Assembly: GCA_964539515.1 (NCBI GenBank)
Contig: CAZIJO010000003.1
Coordinates: forward strand, 21,490 to 85,489
DNA: 64,000 bases
Reading direction: 5' to 3'
From: an uncultured Bifidobacterium sp.
GTDB lineage: Bacteria > Verrucomicrobiota > Verrucomicrobiia > Limisphaerales > JADLHS01
The position numbers and the translations under genes were made by a program. Position 1 is the first letter of the stretch. Each line of letters starts with the position of its first letter. Shown here one piece after another: positions 28,847 to 38,700 of the stretch. The notes under the pieces were generated by a model. It searched no databases, had not been told where the DNA came from, and worked only from the letters and a program-made list of their open reading frames with translations.

Positions 28847-29671
28847 ATGAAAACCACTGCGCTTGCCCCCGCCATCCGTGCCGGATTCAACCTGCGCGAG
28901 CGTCCCACGCTGGCCGATCTGTTGGCGCCCCTGGATCAACTCGCTGCCAAGTCGTCCAATCTGCTTGCCCGGCCCCTTGGGCAGTTTGAGCGCGATGGCC
29001 ACAGTTACGCGATGCCACGCTACATTTTCGTCGGCCCGCAAGGCGGGGATGTGCCGATTCCCGTCGGCATTTTCGCCGGCATCTATGGGGATGAACCGGA
29101 AGGAACACGCGCATTGGTGAAGTTCGCCCAATTGCTCGAAGCGCATCCCGAACTTGCCGCCGGGTATGTCCTGTTCCTCTATCCGGCTTGCAATCCCACC
29201 GGGCTCGCGGCGGGCACGGCGTTTTCCAGCCGCGGCAAGGACCTGAATCTTGAACTTGTGAAGATCTCTCACGAACCCGAGGCGCGCTGGTTGCAAAGTG
29301 AACTCGCGTCGCAACACCTGGAAGGCATCATCAAGCTGCACACCAAGGCCGGGAGCAATACCTTCTACGGGCTGGTTCGGGGCGAGACCCTTGCGCGCCA
29401 ACTGCTGGATCCCGCGCTGGCCGCCGCCGCGGAATTGTTGCCGGTGGCGGAGGACTCAGGCATCGAGGCGTTTCGCGCGCGGGATGTTTCCTACGACCAC
29501 TATGAAGGTGGATCGCCGACGGCGCCAGAAGCTCCGACGCGTCCGTTCGAGGTCATTCTCGAAACGCCCGGGCAGGTTCCGGCTTATCTTCGCGAATGGG
29601 CCTTCGTGCTGGCGCTACGTTCCATTCTGACCGAGTACCGGAAATTCCTCGCCTACGCTCCCAACCTTTGA
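28847..29671 (+). CDS. M14-family paralog, partly degenerate
   Basis: IYGDE (H>Y), DLNL (R>L); LHTK and ILETP retained; ends AYAPNL. Confidence 0.82.
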   Translation: MKTTALAPAIRAGFNLRERPTLADLLAPLDQLAAKSSNLLARPLGQFERDGHSYAMPRYIFVGPQGGDVPIPVGIFAGIYGDEPEGTRALVKFAQLLEAHPELAAGYVLFLYPACNPTGLAAGTAFSSRGKDLNLELVKISHEPEARWLQSELASQHLEGIIKLHTKAGSNTFYGLVRGETLARQLLDPALAAAAELLPVAEDSGIEAFRARDVSYDHYEGGSPTAPEAPTRPFEVILETPGQVPAYLREWAFVLALRSILTEYRKFLAYAPNL

Positions 29672-29697
29672 TCCGCCCGAACCAAACCAACATCTCT

Positions 29698-30663
29698 ATG
29701 CCTCGCATCTACAACAACATCACGGAAACGATCGGCAATACGCCGCTCGTGCGCTTGAATCGCACTGCGCAAAACCATGGCGCGGTCGCCGAGGTCCTGC
29801 TCAAACTGGAATTCTTCAATCCGCTGTCCAGCGTGAAGGACCGTATCGGGGTGGCGATGATTGATGACGCCCTGCAAACCGGGAAGATCAACCCGAGCAC
29901 GGTGCTCATCGAACCCACGAGCGGCAACACCGGCATCGCGCTCGCCTTCGTGGCGGCGGCCCGGGGACTGAAGTTGATTCTCACCATGCCCGAAACCATG
30001 AGCCTCGAACGCCGCAAGCTGCTCAAGATTCTTGGCGCAAAATTGGTCCTGACCGAGGGCCCAAAAGGGATGAAAGGCGCCATCGCCAAGGCCGAGGAAT
30101 TGCGCCAGCAGATTCCGAACAGCGTCATTCTTCAGCAGTTCTCCAATCCGTCGAACCCGGCGATTCATCGCAAGACCACGGCGGAGGAAATCTGGCGCGA
30201 CACGGACGGCAAAGTTGACTTTGTTGTCGCGGGTGTTGGAACGGGTGGGACGATCACCGGCGTGGCCGAAGTCATCAAGTCGCGCAAGCCTGCTTTCAAG
30301 GCAATCGCGGTTGAGCCGGTCAAATCGCCGGTCATTTCGGGCGGCCAGCCCGGCCCGCACAAGCTGCAGGGCATCGGCGCGGGTTTCATTCCGGACAATC
30401 TAAACGTGAAGATCGTGGACGAGGTCATCAAGGTGGATGAAGCCGAATCCGGCCCGGTGTCGAAGGAGATCAACCGCCTCGACGGGATTCCCGTTGGCAT
30501 TTCGAGCGGCGCCATTGTTTGGGCGGCGTTGCAAGTGGCAAAGCGCCCGGAGAACTTAGGCAAGCAGATTGTCGCCATCGTGCCGTCCGCCTCGGAACGT
30601 TATCTGTCATCGTGGCTGTTTGCCGACATTGATACGGAGAGCGACAAGCTCGATTTCGTCTAG
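29698..30663 (+). CDS. cysK: cysteine synthase A (O-acetylserine sulfhydrylase)
   Basis: [15 protein letters not shown] (PLP Lys), [41 protein letters not shown]. Confidence 0.96.
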   Translation: MPRIYNNITETIGNTPLVRLNRTAQNHGAVAEVLLKLEFFNPLSSVKDRIGVAMIDDALQTGKINPSTVLIEPTSGNTGIALAFVAAARGLKLILTMPETMSLERRKLLKILGAKLVLTEGPKGMKGAIAKAEELRQQIPNSVILQQFSNPSNPAIHRKTTAEEIWRDTDGKVDFVVAGVGTGGTITGVAEVIKSRKPAFKAIAVEPVKSPVISGGQPGPHKLQGIGAGFIPDNLNVKIVDEVIKVDEAESGPVSKEINRLDGIPVGISSGAIVWAALQVAKRPENLGKQIVAIVPSASERYLSSWLFADIDTESDKLDFV

Positions 30664-30685
30664 CCCGTCACTCATTGATGTTCTC

Positions 30686-30931
30686 ATGACCCGCGCCAAC
30701 AACAACGGCTCCCTTTGGACCCCGCACGCCTGGGCGACCACGCCGGCGGCGGCTGGCTTATGGAACGGCTGGTTGACGGTCGCTGTGGATCTAGTCTGGC
30801 CCACCCCGCCCGGGGAGGTCGTTACAAACTTGAAACCCAAAATTTCAAGAGCTCACCGGACCACCGGAAGTTCTTCGAGGAAGAACAGGAAACCCGGTGA
30901 AGGTCCGCATCCAGTTGCTGCCGGCGAGTAA
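30686..30931 (+). CDS. putative small Trp-rich ORF (81 aa) or structured leader
   Basis: ATG 30686 to TAA 30931, co-directional within the operon gap; five Trp within the first 37 aa; overlaps several hairpins. Confidence 0.35.
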   Translation: MTRANNNGSLWTPHAWATTPAAAGLWNGWLTVAVDLVWPTPPGEVVTNLKPKISRAHRTTGSSSRKNRKPGEGPHPVAAGE

Positions 30932-31062
30932 GCGCTCGCTGATCCTCAGCCTGATTCGTTCCCGCCTTCGGTTGACACCGCTGGCTGCGGTGTCGTCGCG
31001 CCCGTGCGCGGTTGTTTCCCGTGTTTGACCTCATTGAGCACAGAAAACCAAACACAGTGAAA

Positions 31063-32049
31063 ATGAAATCAAATCAAAACCTGAAACCCATCCGCAGCGT
31101 CGCTGCGGTGGTGGGTGGTTTTGCCTGGTTCACCGGGGCGGCGTTCGCAGCGCCATTCCTGTACAGCTCGGGTGATCTCGTGCTGGCGTTCCGCCAGACC
31201 GGATCGGCGAGTGATTACGCCGTGAACATCGGCAAGGCTACCAACTATAACAACCTGCCGGGAGGTTCAACCTTCGCGGTTACCAACTTGTCCGTCTCCC
31301 AACTCGGTGCCGCTTTTCCGAGTGTGAACGAATTGAAGTGGTCCGTGGCGGGCGCCATTCGCACGGCGGGCAATCCAACCTATCCCATCCAGACCCTCTG
31401 GGTGAGCCGGCCCCGCGTGGATGCCGGCACGCCCAGCGCGCCCTGGTTGCGGCGCAGCACTTCGACCCAGGGCACCGCCGGCGCGCAGATTGACGCCGTC
31501 GGAGTGCGCGCTGCCAACGGCAGCAGTTTCCTCGCAGCCGGACCCAACAACACTGTGACCGGAGTCGTCTTGCCCGTGGCCAGCGACTTCAATCTCGGTC
31601 AAGTCATTGGCACGTTCGGTAATTATGACAACACGTTTCAGGGAAATGTGGAGAATCTCACCGCCGCTGATTTTGACGGTGCGCCTGAAAACGTTTCCCG
31701 CTCGGACTTGTATGAACTGTTGCCGGGCAACAGCGCGTTAAATCTGCCGGGACGCTTCCTGGGCTTCTTTGAACTGAAGCCCAACGGCGCGTTGACCTTC
31801 ACGGCGGCCTCCACGGTACTGCCGGCGCCGACAATCACCAGCATCACCCGCACCGGCGATGTCACCACCGTCTCCTTCACGACGGTTTCCGGCGGAACGT
31901 ATCGGTTACGGGCTACTAATGCAGCGGGATTGACCACGCCCGTCTCGACCTGGACCACTGGCAATTCCCTTGCGGGCACGGGCGGAGTGTTGTCGCTCAC
32001 GGACACCAATTCCGCCGACATCCGCTTCTTTGCGGTGGATGTGCAATAA
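31063..32049 (+). CDS. secreted Ser/Thr/Gly-rich protein with Verrucomicrobia-type C-terminal Ig-like domain; no Cys or Met after the start
   Basis: Signal peptide ending AFA-A; GDLVLAFR N-terminus; C-terminal PTITSITRTG...YRL...W...TDTN...RFFAV domain. Confidence 0.85.
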   Translation: MKSNQNLKPIRSVAAVVGGFAWFTGAAFAAPFLYSSGDLVLAFRQTGSASDYAVNIGKATNYNNLPGGSTFAVTNLSVSQLGAAFPSVNELKWSVAGAIRTAGNPTYPIQTLWVSRPRVDAGTPSAPWLRRSTSTQGTAGAQIDAVGVRAANGSSFLAAGPNNTVTGVVLPVASDFNLGQVIGTFGNYDNTFQGNVENLTAADFDGAPENVSRSDLYELLPGNSALNLPGRFLGFFELKPNGALTFTAASTVLPAPTITSITRTGDVTTVSFTTVSGGTYRLRATNAAGLTTPVSTWTTGNSLAGTGGVLSLTDTNSADIRFFAVDVQ

Positions 32050-32126
32050 CCTGAACCGAACTAAACAACTGAAAACGGAATTATCCCTATTTGAAATCGA
32101 AAACTTGAACCTTTGAGAGACTGATT

Positions 32127-33203
32127 ATGAAAACGACAAACTTACTGATAATTGCGGCGGGCGCGGTGCTCGCTGTCACCAGCGCGCAGGCGCAGGTGGA
32201 AATCAACATCTCCGGCGCGGTGGCCTTTCGTGATACGTCCTATCGTGCCATCCGGGCGCTCTATGGAGCAAATCTCGCGTCGGAGAATAACCTCACCCCG
32301 CCGCCCTCTTCACTAAAGGTGACGTGGACGGGGCAGATCACGAACTTGTTCGGCAATCAAACTGTCACCATCCGCACGTTCTACAACGGGGCCAACGCCG
32401 GCATCCAGGACCTGGTGCAGAATCGTAACGTCAACTACCTGGCGTCTTCGACCCCGGGAGGCACCTCCACGGTGAATCTCCAGTCGGACCTGGCGTATTC
32501 CTCGGTATTCCAGGCATCCACGCCATATACCTCGCCCGCCCTGGAAGATGTGCGCTTTGGTCTCACGCCGGTCTTTTTCGTCAAGAGCACCAGTGCTCCG
32601 GCGGGATTGACCAACATCACCGTGCAACAATTCCGCACGCTGGCAGCCAACGGTTCCGTTCCCGGTTGGTTTCTGACCGGCAACACCAATGATACCGCAC
32701 CCATCTACTACGTCAGCCGCGACCCGAGTGCTGGTCAGCGGACGATCATCGAACGCGAACAGGGATTCTACGGCAACGCGATCTTCTACAACTGGAACCC
32801 TGCTACGACCCAGTTCGATCCTGATCCCACCGGGCGCACGTCCACGCAGATTCGCGACCTGCTGAACATCTCCGGCCCGGCAGTCAGTTATTTGACCGGA
32901 GTGGACGCGGTGAACGTCAATGGCGGGGCCAATATCCTGGCTTTGAATGGCTTTCGGCCGGTGTTGAATCCTTACAACTCCGTCAGCAACAATCACGCGC
33001 CGGTCATCAACGGCCAATACACGCAGTGGGGCTATGAGCACATCTTCATTCGGACCACCGCATCGGCCAACCTCCGCAACTTCCGTAATGCGCTGATTGC
33101 GAAGATTGATGAGGACCTGCAAACCTCCGCTTACTCAATTCCGCTGAGTCGCGCCCGGGTCGAGCGCTCGGCGCAAGGTGGCCCGGTCTCGCCCCTTGAT
33201 TAA
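32127..33203 (+). CDS. secreted PstS-like (PBP-fold) solute-binding protein; no Cys or Met after the start
   Basis: Signal peptide ending AQA-Q; ISGAVAFR, GANAGIQ, VSRDPSAGQR and YTQWGYEH resemble PBP/PstS-fold motifs. Confidence 0.65.
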   Translation: MKTTNLLIIAAGAVLAVTSAQAQVEINISGAVAFRDTSYRAIRALYGANLASENNLTPPPSSLKVTWTGQITNLFGNQTVTIRTFYNGANAGIQDLVQNRNVNYLASSTPGGTSTVNLQSDLAYSSVFQASTPYTSPALEDVRFGLTPVFFVKSTSAPAGLTNITVQQFRTLAANGSVPGWFLTGNTNDTAPIYYVSRDPSAGQRTIIEREQGFYGNAIFYNWNPATTQFDPDPTGRTSTQIRDLLNISGPAVSYLTGVDAVNVNGGANILALNGFRPVLNPYNSVSNNHAPVINGQYTQWGYEHIFIRTTASANLRNFRNALIAKIDEDLQTSAYSIPLSRARVERSAQGGPVSPLD

Positions 33204-33269
33204 GTAATACTCGTTGCCGCCGGCGCGGGTCCCTGGCCCGCGCCGGCTTCTGCCCGAGCGACCATACGA

Positions 33270-35768
33270 ATGGAGCCATCTTCAAGATTCAATCGAATGC
33301 CGGGTCTGCAAACCGGAGTTCTGATTATGACCGCCCTGCTCATCGCCGCCCGCTTCAGCGGAACAATGGCGCTGGCGCAGTCCACCAATGCGCCGATCGT
33401 TCCCAGCTATCAGGTCGCGCGCTATGAACTCGATAGTCCGGTGCTCACTCCGGCGGACGTGGAACGGTTGACGGCCGACGCAACCGGTGATGCCGTGACC
33501 GTGGCGGAAATCCGGCGCGCCCTGAACCGATTGCAAACCGCCTTGCGCGAGCGCGGCTATCGACAGGCGGCATTGACGTTGCCACAGCAAGCGCTCACCA
33601 ATGGCGTGGTGCGCGTGCGGGTGTGGGAAGGTCCGGCGCCGGGCCAGGCCGCGCCGGCGGCGACCCCGCCGGTGGAACTGCCGGCGTTGGCTGCGCCGGC
33701 CTACGACATCCGCCACTTTGAAATTCACGGCAACACCAAGCTTTCGCCGGAGGCGATCGACCGCATTCTCGGTCCGGCGGCCGGGCCGTCGGCCAATCTT
33801 GATGCGTTGCGCGAAGCGCTGGTGAAACTGCGTGACGCTTACCGCGAGCGCCGCCTGCCGCTGGCCACGGTCACCGTTCCGGAACAATTGCTGACCGATG
33901 GCACGATTGTCATCCAGGTGAACGAGGGTTGGGATCCCGAGGCGGAAGCGCTCGCCAAAGCACAAACCGTGACGCCAACCAATGTTCCAGCCACTCCCCC
34001 CGAGCGCACGTTTGAGGTGCGTCGTTATGAAGTGCTGGGCAACACGTTGCTCGCCCCGGCTGCAATTGATGCCATCGTCACCAATGGCGTTGGCACGAAC
34101 GTCACGTTCACGCAGGTGCGGAAGGTTCTCGGGGATCTGCAACTCGCCTATCGCGAGCGCGGTTTTGCCAGCGCCAGCGTAGCGCTGCCGCCCCAGCAAC
34201 TCACCAACGCCACCATCAAAATCCAAGTCACCGAAGGCGTGCTCGTGGATGCGCGCGTGACCGGCAATCGCTATTTCAGTTCCAACAACGTCATGCGCGC
34301 TTTGCCGTCGGTGGCCAACGCGCTCATCTGGAAGGACGAGGTAATCAACAGTCGCGTGTTGCAGCGTGAACTGGACCTCGCGAATCAGAACCGGGACCGG
34401 CAGATTTATCCGGTCCTCAATCCCGGCCCCGACCCGGGCACGACCGCCTTGGATTTGCGGGTGAAGGACCGCTTGCCCTTGCACGGGCGATTGGAGCTCA
34501 ACAATCAATCGACCCCCGGCACGCCGGACTGGCGGCTCAACGCCTCTGCTAATTACAACAACCTCTGGCAACGGGAGCACGCTGTTGGCATTTTCTATGG
34601 ATTCACCCCCGAGGAGTTCAAAGTCCCGCAGCCAGACCCGGATTACTTTTTCAACCGGCCGCTCGTGGCGAACTTCGGCGCTTATTACCGCATTCCGTTT
34701 GGCGAGCCGCAATCGGTGCAGGAGATCATCAGCGGCAACCGCAACTTTGGCTTTGACGAGGCGACCAAGCAGTTCCGCCTGCCGCCACCGGGCAGCCGGC
34801 CGGACCTGACATTCTCCGTCAGTGGTTCTTCCAGCGACACTGGTGTCAATTACGGCCCGACCACCGTGGTTTCCCAGACGCCGTTGCTGACGATTCTCTC
34901 CCGGGACAGCGGCCAGGATTTGAACTTAAATCAAAGCGCTGGCTACAACCTCAATCTGCCGCGCGCTTTGAGTGACACCCGCCGCCTCAACTTCTCCCTC
35001 GGCATGGACTGGAAGCGCAGCGAGAAGGAGAGTTACAACACGAACAACTTTCTGATCATTACCGTCATCACCAATTCCCAAGGGTCGCAGATTATTACCA
35101 GCGAGGTGTCGTCGCCACAGCCCCCGCGCAAGACCGAGGTCAACTATCTGCCGCTTAACTTCGGGTTCAGTTTCGCGGATGCAAGTCCGAAAGCCACCTT
35201 GTTTGCCAGCGTGGTCTTGAGCGCCAATTTTCTGGGCAACGACTCTGATTTTGTTGCCGCCTCGTACACCCCTGAAGCGCAGGCGGAATATGCGAAGGCC
35301 GTCTTTGCGCTGAGCTACGATCGCAAAGTGTTCAACGACTGGTCGCTGTTGTGGCGACTCAATGGGCAGGCGGCGACGGGACCGTTGATCAACAACGAAC
35401 AATTTGCCGTCGGCGGCATCAACAGCGTGCGGGGCTATTATGAGGGCGATGAGTACGGAGACGTCGGTTGGTTTACCAGTGCGGAGCTGCGCACGCCATA
35501 CCTTGCCACTGAAGCCGGAGTGGTGGATGGCTTCACGCCGGTTTGGTTGCGGGGTTCGATATTTCTCGACGCCGGCCAGCCGATCTATCTCGACGATGTT
35601 CCTTGGGTCGCGCCGGACCGCTTTCTCTGGAGCACGGGTTTTGGCCTCTCAGCAAACATCAACAACCACTTTGACGCGAAAGTTGCAGTCGGTTGGCCGC
35701 TGGCCGACTCCGCCAACACCCAGGCTTATCAACCGCGCGTGCTCTTCTCATTGGGAGGACAGTTTTGA
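33270..35768 (+). CDS. ShlB/FhaC/HecB-family two-partner-secretion outer-membrane transporter (TpsB)
   Basis: Repeated POTRA motifs (YRERG...LPxQ.LT.G...I.V.EG), PGPDPGTT, conserved VRGY loop; ends LGGQF. Confidence 0.92.
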   Translation: MEPSSRFNRMPGLQTGVLIMTALLIAARFSGTMALAQSTNAPIVPSYQVARYELDSPVLTPADVERLTADATGDAVTVAEIRRALNRLQTALRERGYRQAALTLPQQALTNGVVRVRVWEGPAPGQAAPAATPPVELPALAAPAYDIRHFEIHGNTKLSPEAIDRILGPAAGPSANLDALREALVKLRDAYRERRLPLATVTVPEQLLTDGTIVIQVNEGWDPEAEALAKAQTVTPTNVPATPPERTFEVRRYEVLGNTLLAPAAIDAIVTNGVGTNVTFTQVRKVLGDLQLAYRERGFASASVALPPQQLTNATIKIQVTEGVLVDARVTGNRYFSSNNVMRALPSVANALIWKDEVINSRVLQRELDLANQNRDRQIYPVLNPGPDPGTTALDLRVKDRLPLHGRLELNNQSTPGTPDWRLNASANYNNLWQREHAVGIFYGFTPEEFKVPQPDPDYFFNRPLVANFGAYYRIPFGEPQSVQEIISGNRNFGFDEATKQFRLPPPGSRPDLTFSVSGSSSDTGVNYGPTTVVSQTPLLTILSRDSGQDLNLNQSAGYNLNLPRALSDTRRLNFSLGMDWKRSEKESYNTNNFLIITVITNSQGSQIITSEVSSPQPPRKTEVNYLPLNFGFSFADASPKATLFASVVLSANFLGNDSDFVAASYTPEAQAEYAKAVFALSYDRKVFNDWSLLWRLNGQAATGPLINNEQFAVGGINSVRGYYEGDEYGDVGWFTSAELRTPYLATEAGVVDGFTPVWLRGSIFLDAGQPIYLDDVPWVAPDRFLWSTGFGLSANINNHFDAKVAVGWPLADSANTQAYQPRVLFSLGGQF

Positions 35769-38700
35769 ATGAAGACTATTGAGCCAAAAAATTTGAAGGA
35801 CGCTCGCCCTCACCCCGTCCCTCTCCCTCGGGGAGAGGGAGGGCCAATCAGCGTCAACGAAAGCTCCGGTCGTCTTGGTTGCATCCGCCGCCAAATAATT
35901 CGTCAAGGTGGGTCTCATCAGCAAACTGGTGATGTTTCAAATGGCAAGACGCGGCGAGAATTTCTCCCTCTCCTGGGGGAGAGGGCCGGGGTAAGGGCGG
36001 GTGTTGTCACAAATCTCATACGAGTCTTCTCGGTTACGGTGGCGTTCCTGATCACCACAAACGTGTTGGCCAACCCGAATGGTCTCAGCGTTCAGAGCGG
36101 CAATGCCAGCGTCACTGTCAACGGCAACCAATACCACATCACGGCGTCGCACAATGCCATCCTCAACTGGCAGTCCTTCAACATCGCTGCGGGCGAAACC
36201 ACCCGTTTCATTCAACCCTCGGCATCCTCCGTTGTTTGGAATCGCATCCACGACGCCAGTCCATCGCAAATTTACGGCAATCTTGCCGCCAACGGGGTAG
36301 TGGTGTTGATGAACCAGAACGGCTTTTACTTCGGGCCGAATTCGTTCGTGAGCGCGGCGGGGCTGATTGTTTCCACCGCGCCGTTTGTGCCGGCGGAAAG
36401 TGGCGGCGGATTGTTCTGGCAATTCACCGGTCCAGCACCTGGGGCAAGCATCATCAACTACGGTCAGTTTAGCGTGGGGCAGGGCGGCTCAGCGTTTCTG
36501 ATTGCCGAAACCATCGAGAATCACGGTAGTATCACCGCGCCCGGCGGCAGCATCGGCCTGATCGCCGGACAGGAAATCTTGCTGAGTGAACGGCCCGATG
36601 GGCGCGGCTTGAGCGCTTCGGTCACGCTGCCCACGGGGGCGGTCAACAACTCCGGCGATCTGATTGCGGATGCCGGCACGATTGCCCTGAACGCGCGTGT
36701 GGTGAACCAGCATGGATTGGTGCAGGCCAACTCGATTCGCGAGCGCAACGGCATCATCGAATTGATTGCCTCGGATTCGCTCACCCTCGGGCAAGACTCC
36801 ATTGTTTCTGCCAGTGGAGATTCGGTTGGTGTGAGCGCCGGCGGCGCGATTGTCATCAAGTCCGCCGGCACATTCGCGGACGAGACTGGTTCTCAGATTG
36901 AAGTCCGGGGTGGGTCGCTGGGCGGTGACGGAGGCTTCGCGGAAGTCTCCGCGCCGCTCATGGATTCCATCGAGTCGCAAATTGATGGCCGTGCGGCTGT
37001 CGGTTATCGCGGCGGACGATTGCTGATTGATCCGCAGGACATCGTGATCGGTTTCAGCGGTGGCACCCTTGGTTCGGGCACGGTAGGAGCGAATGATCCG
37101 CCCGTCCCCGGCACGCTCAACCTCGACGTGAACTCGTCGTTCCTGGGCTTCTCTCAAATTATACTGCAAGCCACGCGCAACATCACCCTGGCATCGGGGG
37201 TCACCTGGGATCTCGTCGCCAGTACCGGCCTCAGCGAACCCGGCAGCCTCTTGAAACTTGAGGCCGGCAACAACATCACGCTTTCCAGCGGCGCGAGCAT
37301 TCTCGCCGGTGAGAACTGGTCGGTGACTTTGCAGGCCGGGCGTGACTTTTCACTGGCGGACTCAGTGATTGCCGGCACCGGCAACATTCTGTTCTCGGGG
37401 ACAGGTTCGTTGCAGGCGCAAAATGGAAACATCAGTTTGCTGGCGGGCAACAACCTCAGCGTGGGCAGCGGCCACGTGCGGACAATTGGCGGCGGCCGCA
37501 TCAGTGCCCATGCGGTGGGCGGCAGCATCAACACCGGCACGAAGGCGAACGGTTTTATCTTTGTGCCCACCGGTTCGGGCTACAACGTGAGCGCCGACCT
37601 CGGCGGCATCAGCACGGCCAGCGGTGGCGATGTGTCGCTGACGGCCGGATTGGATGTGTTGAGCTATCTTCCGATCGCGGGCGGGGTGCAAACTGACGCC
37701 GGCAGCGGCGCTTTCGGTGCGGCCCCTGGCAACGTGACCATTACTGCCGGTCGGGATGTTGGCGGGCATTTTGTCGTGCGCAATGGTGTGGGCAGTATCA
37801 CTGCCGGCCGCAACGCCGGCCTCGCCACGCGTCTGCTTGCGCTGAGTCTGGTGAGCGGTGGCTGGACGGTCAACGCCGCCAACGACATTCTGCTGCAGGA
37901 GGTGCGCAATCCGAACGGGGTGTTCAACAATCTCGGATCGAGCACCTCGCCCAATCGGCATCGCTTCGACTACGCCGCCAATGCCTACACGATCTTGAAC
38001 GGCGGTCACTCCGTGCAATTGCGCGGGACGGCGCTGCCGCGTTATCTCGACGTCTTTTCGCAAGGCATTCCGGCGATTTATCCCGGGCTGCTTGAAATCA
38101 CCGCCGGTGCGGGCGGTGTGGTCCTTGGCAACGATGTCATTCTGTTTCCCGCGCCCAACGGCAACCTCAGCATCGCCACCACGGACGGCGGTTCGCTCTT
38201 TGGCACGCGCGCCGGCGATCTCACCCAGCTGGTCTTTTCCGACAGTGGCAAGACGCAGTATCGGGCATTCGGTGATTTCGGGATCGCGGATCGCTCGGGC
38301 AACCTGCTGCACCTGAACGACCCGGTGCCGGTCACACTGGACATTGCGGGCGACATGGACGGCATTCTGCTGGGCGTGCCCAAACGCGCGGAGATCAGCA
38401 TTGGCGGCAACATGGTCAACAGCCGGTTCGACGGGCAGAATCTTCGCGCCACGGATGAAACCCGCATCACGGTTGCGGGCAACATCATCAATCGAAACGA
38501 ATTCACGACGGTCGCCAGTCCGCAGCCGAATTTCCGGTTGTTCGATCCGCTGCTTGATTTGATTTATCCGCCGCTGACCGGTGGCGCTGCCGGTGTTCAA
38601 AACCAGTTCATCTACAATCCGACGACTGGTGAGCTGACGTTCCAGGGCCGCATGACGGGCGAACAGTTGCAGGCGTTGCTGAATCTGACCGTGCGGGCCT

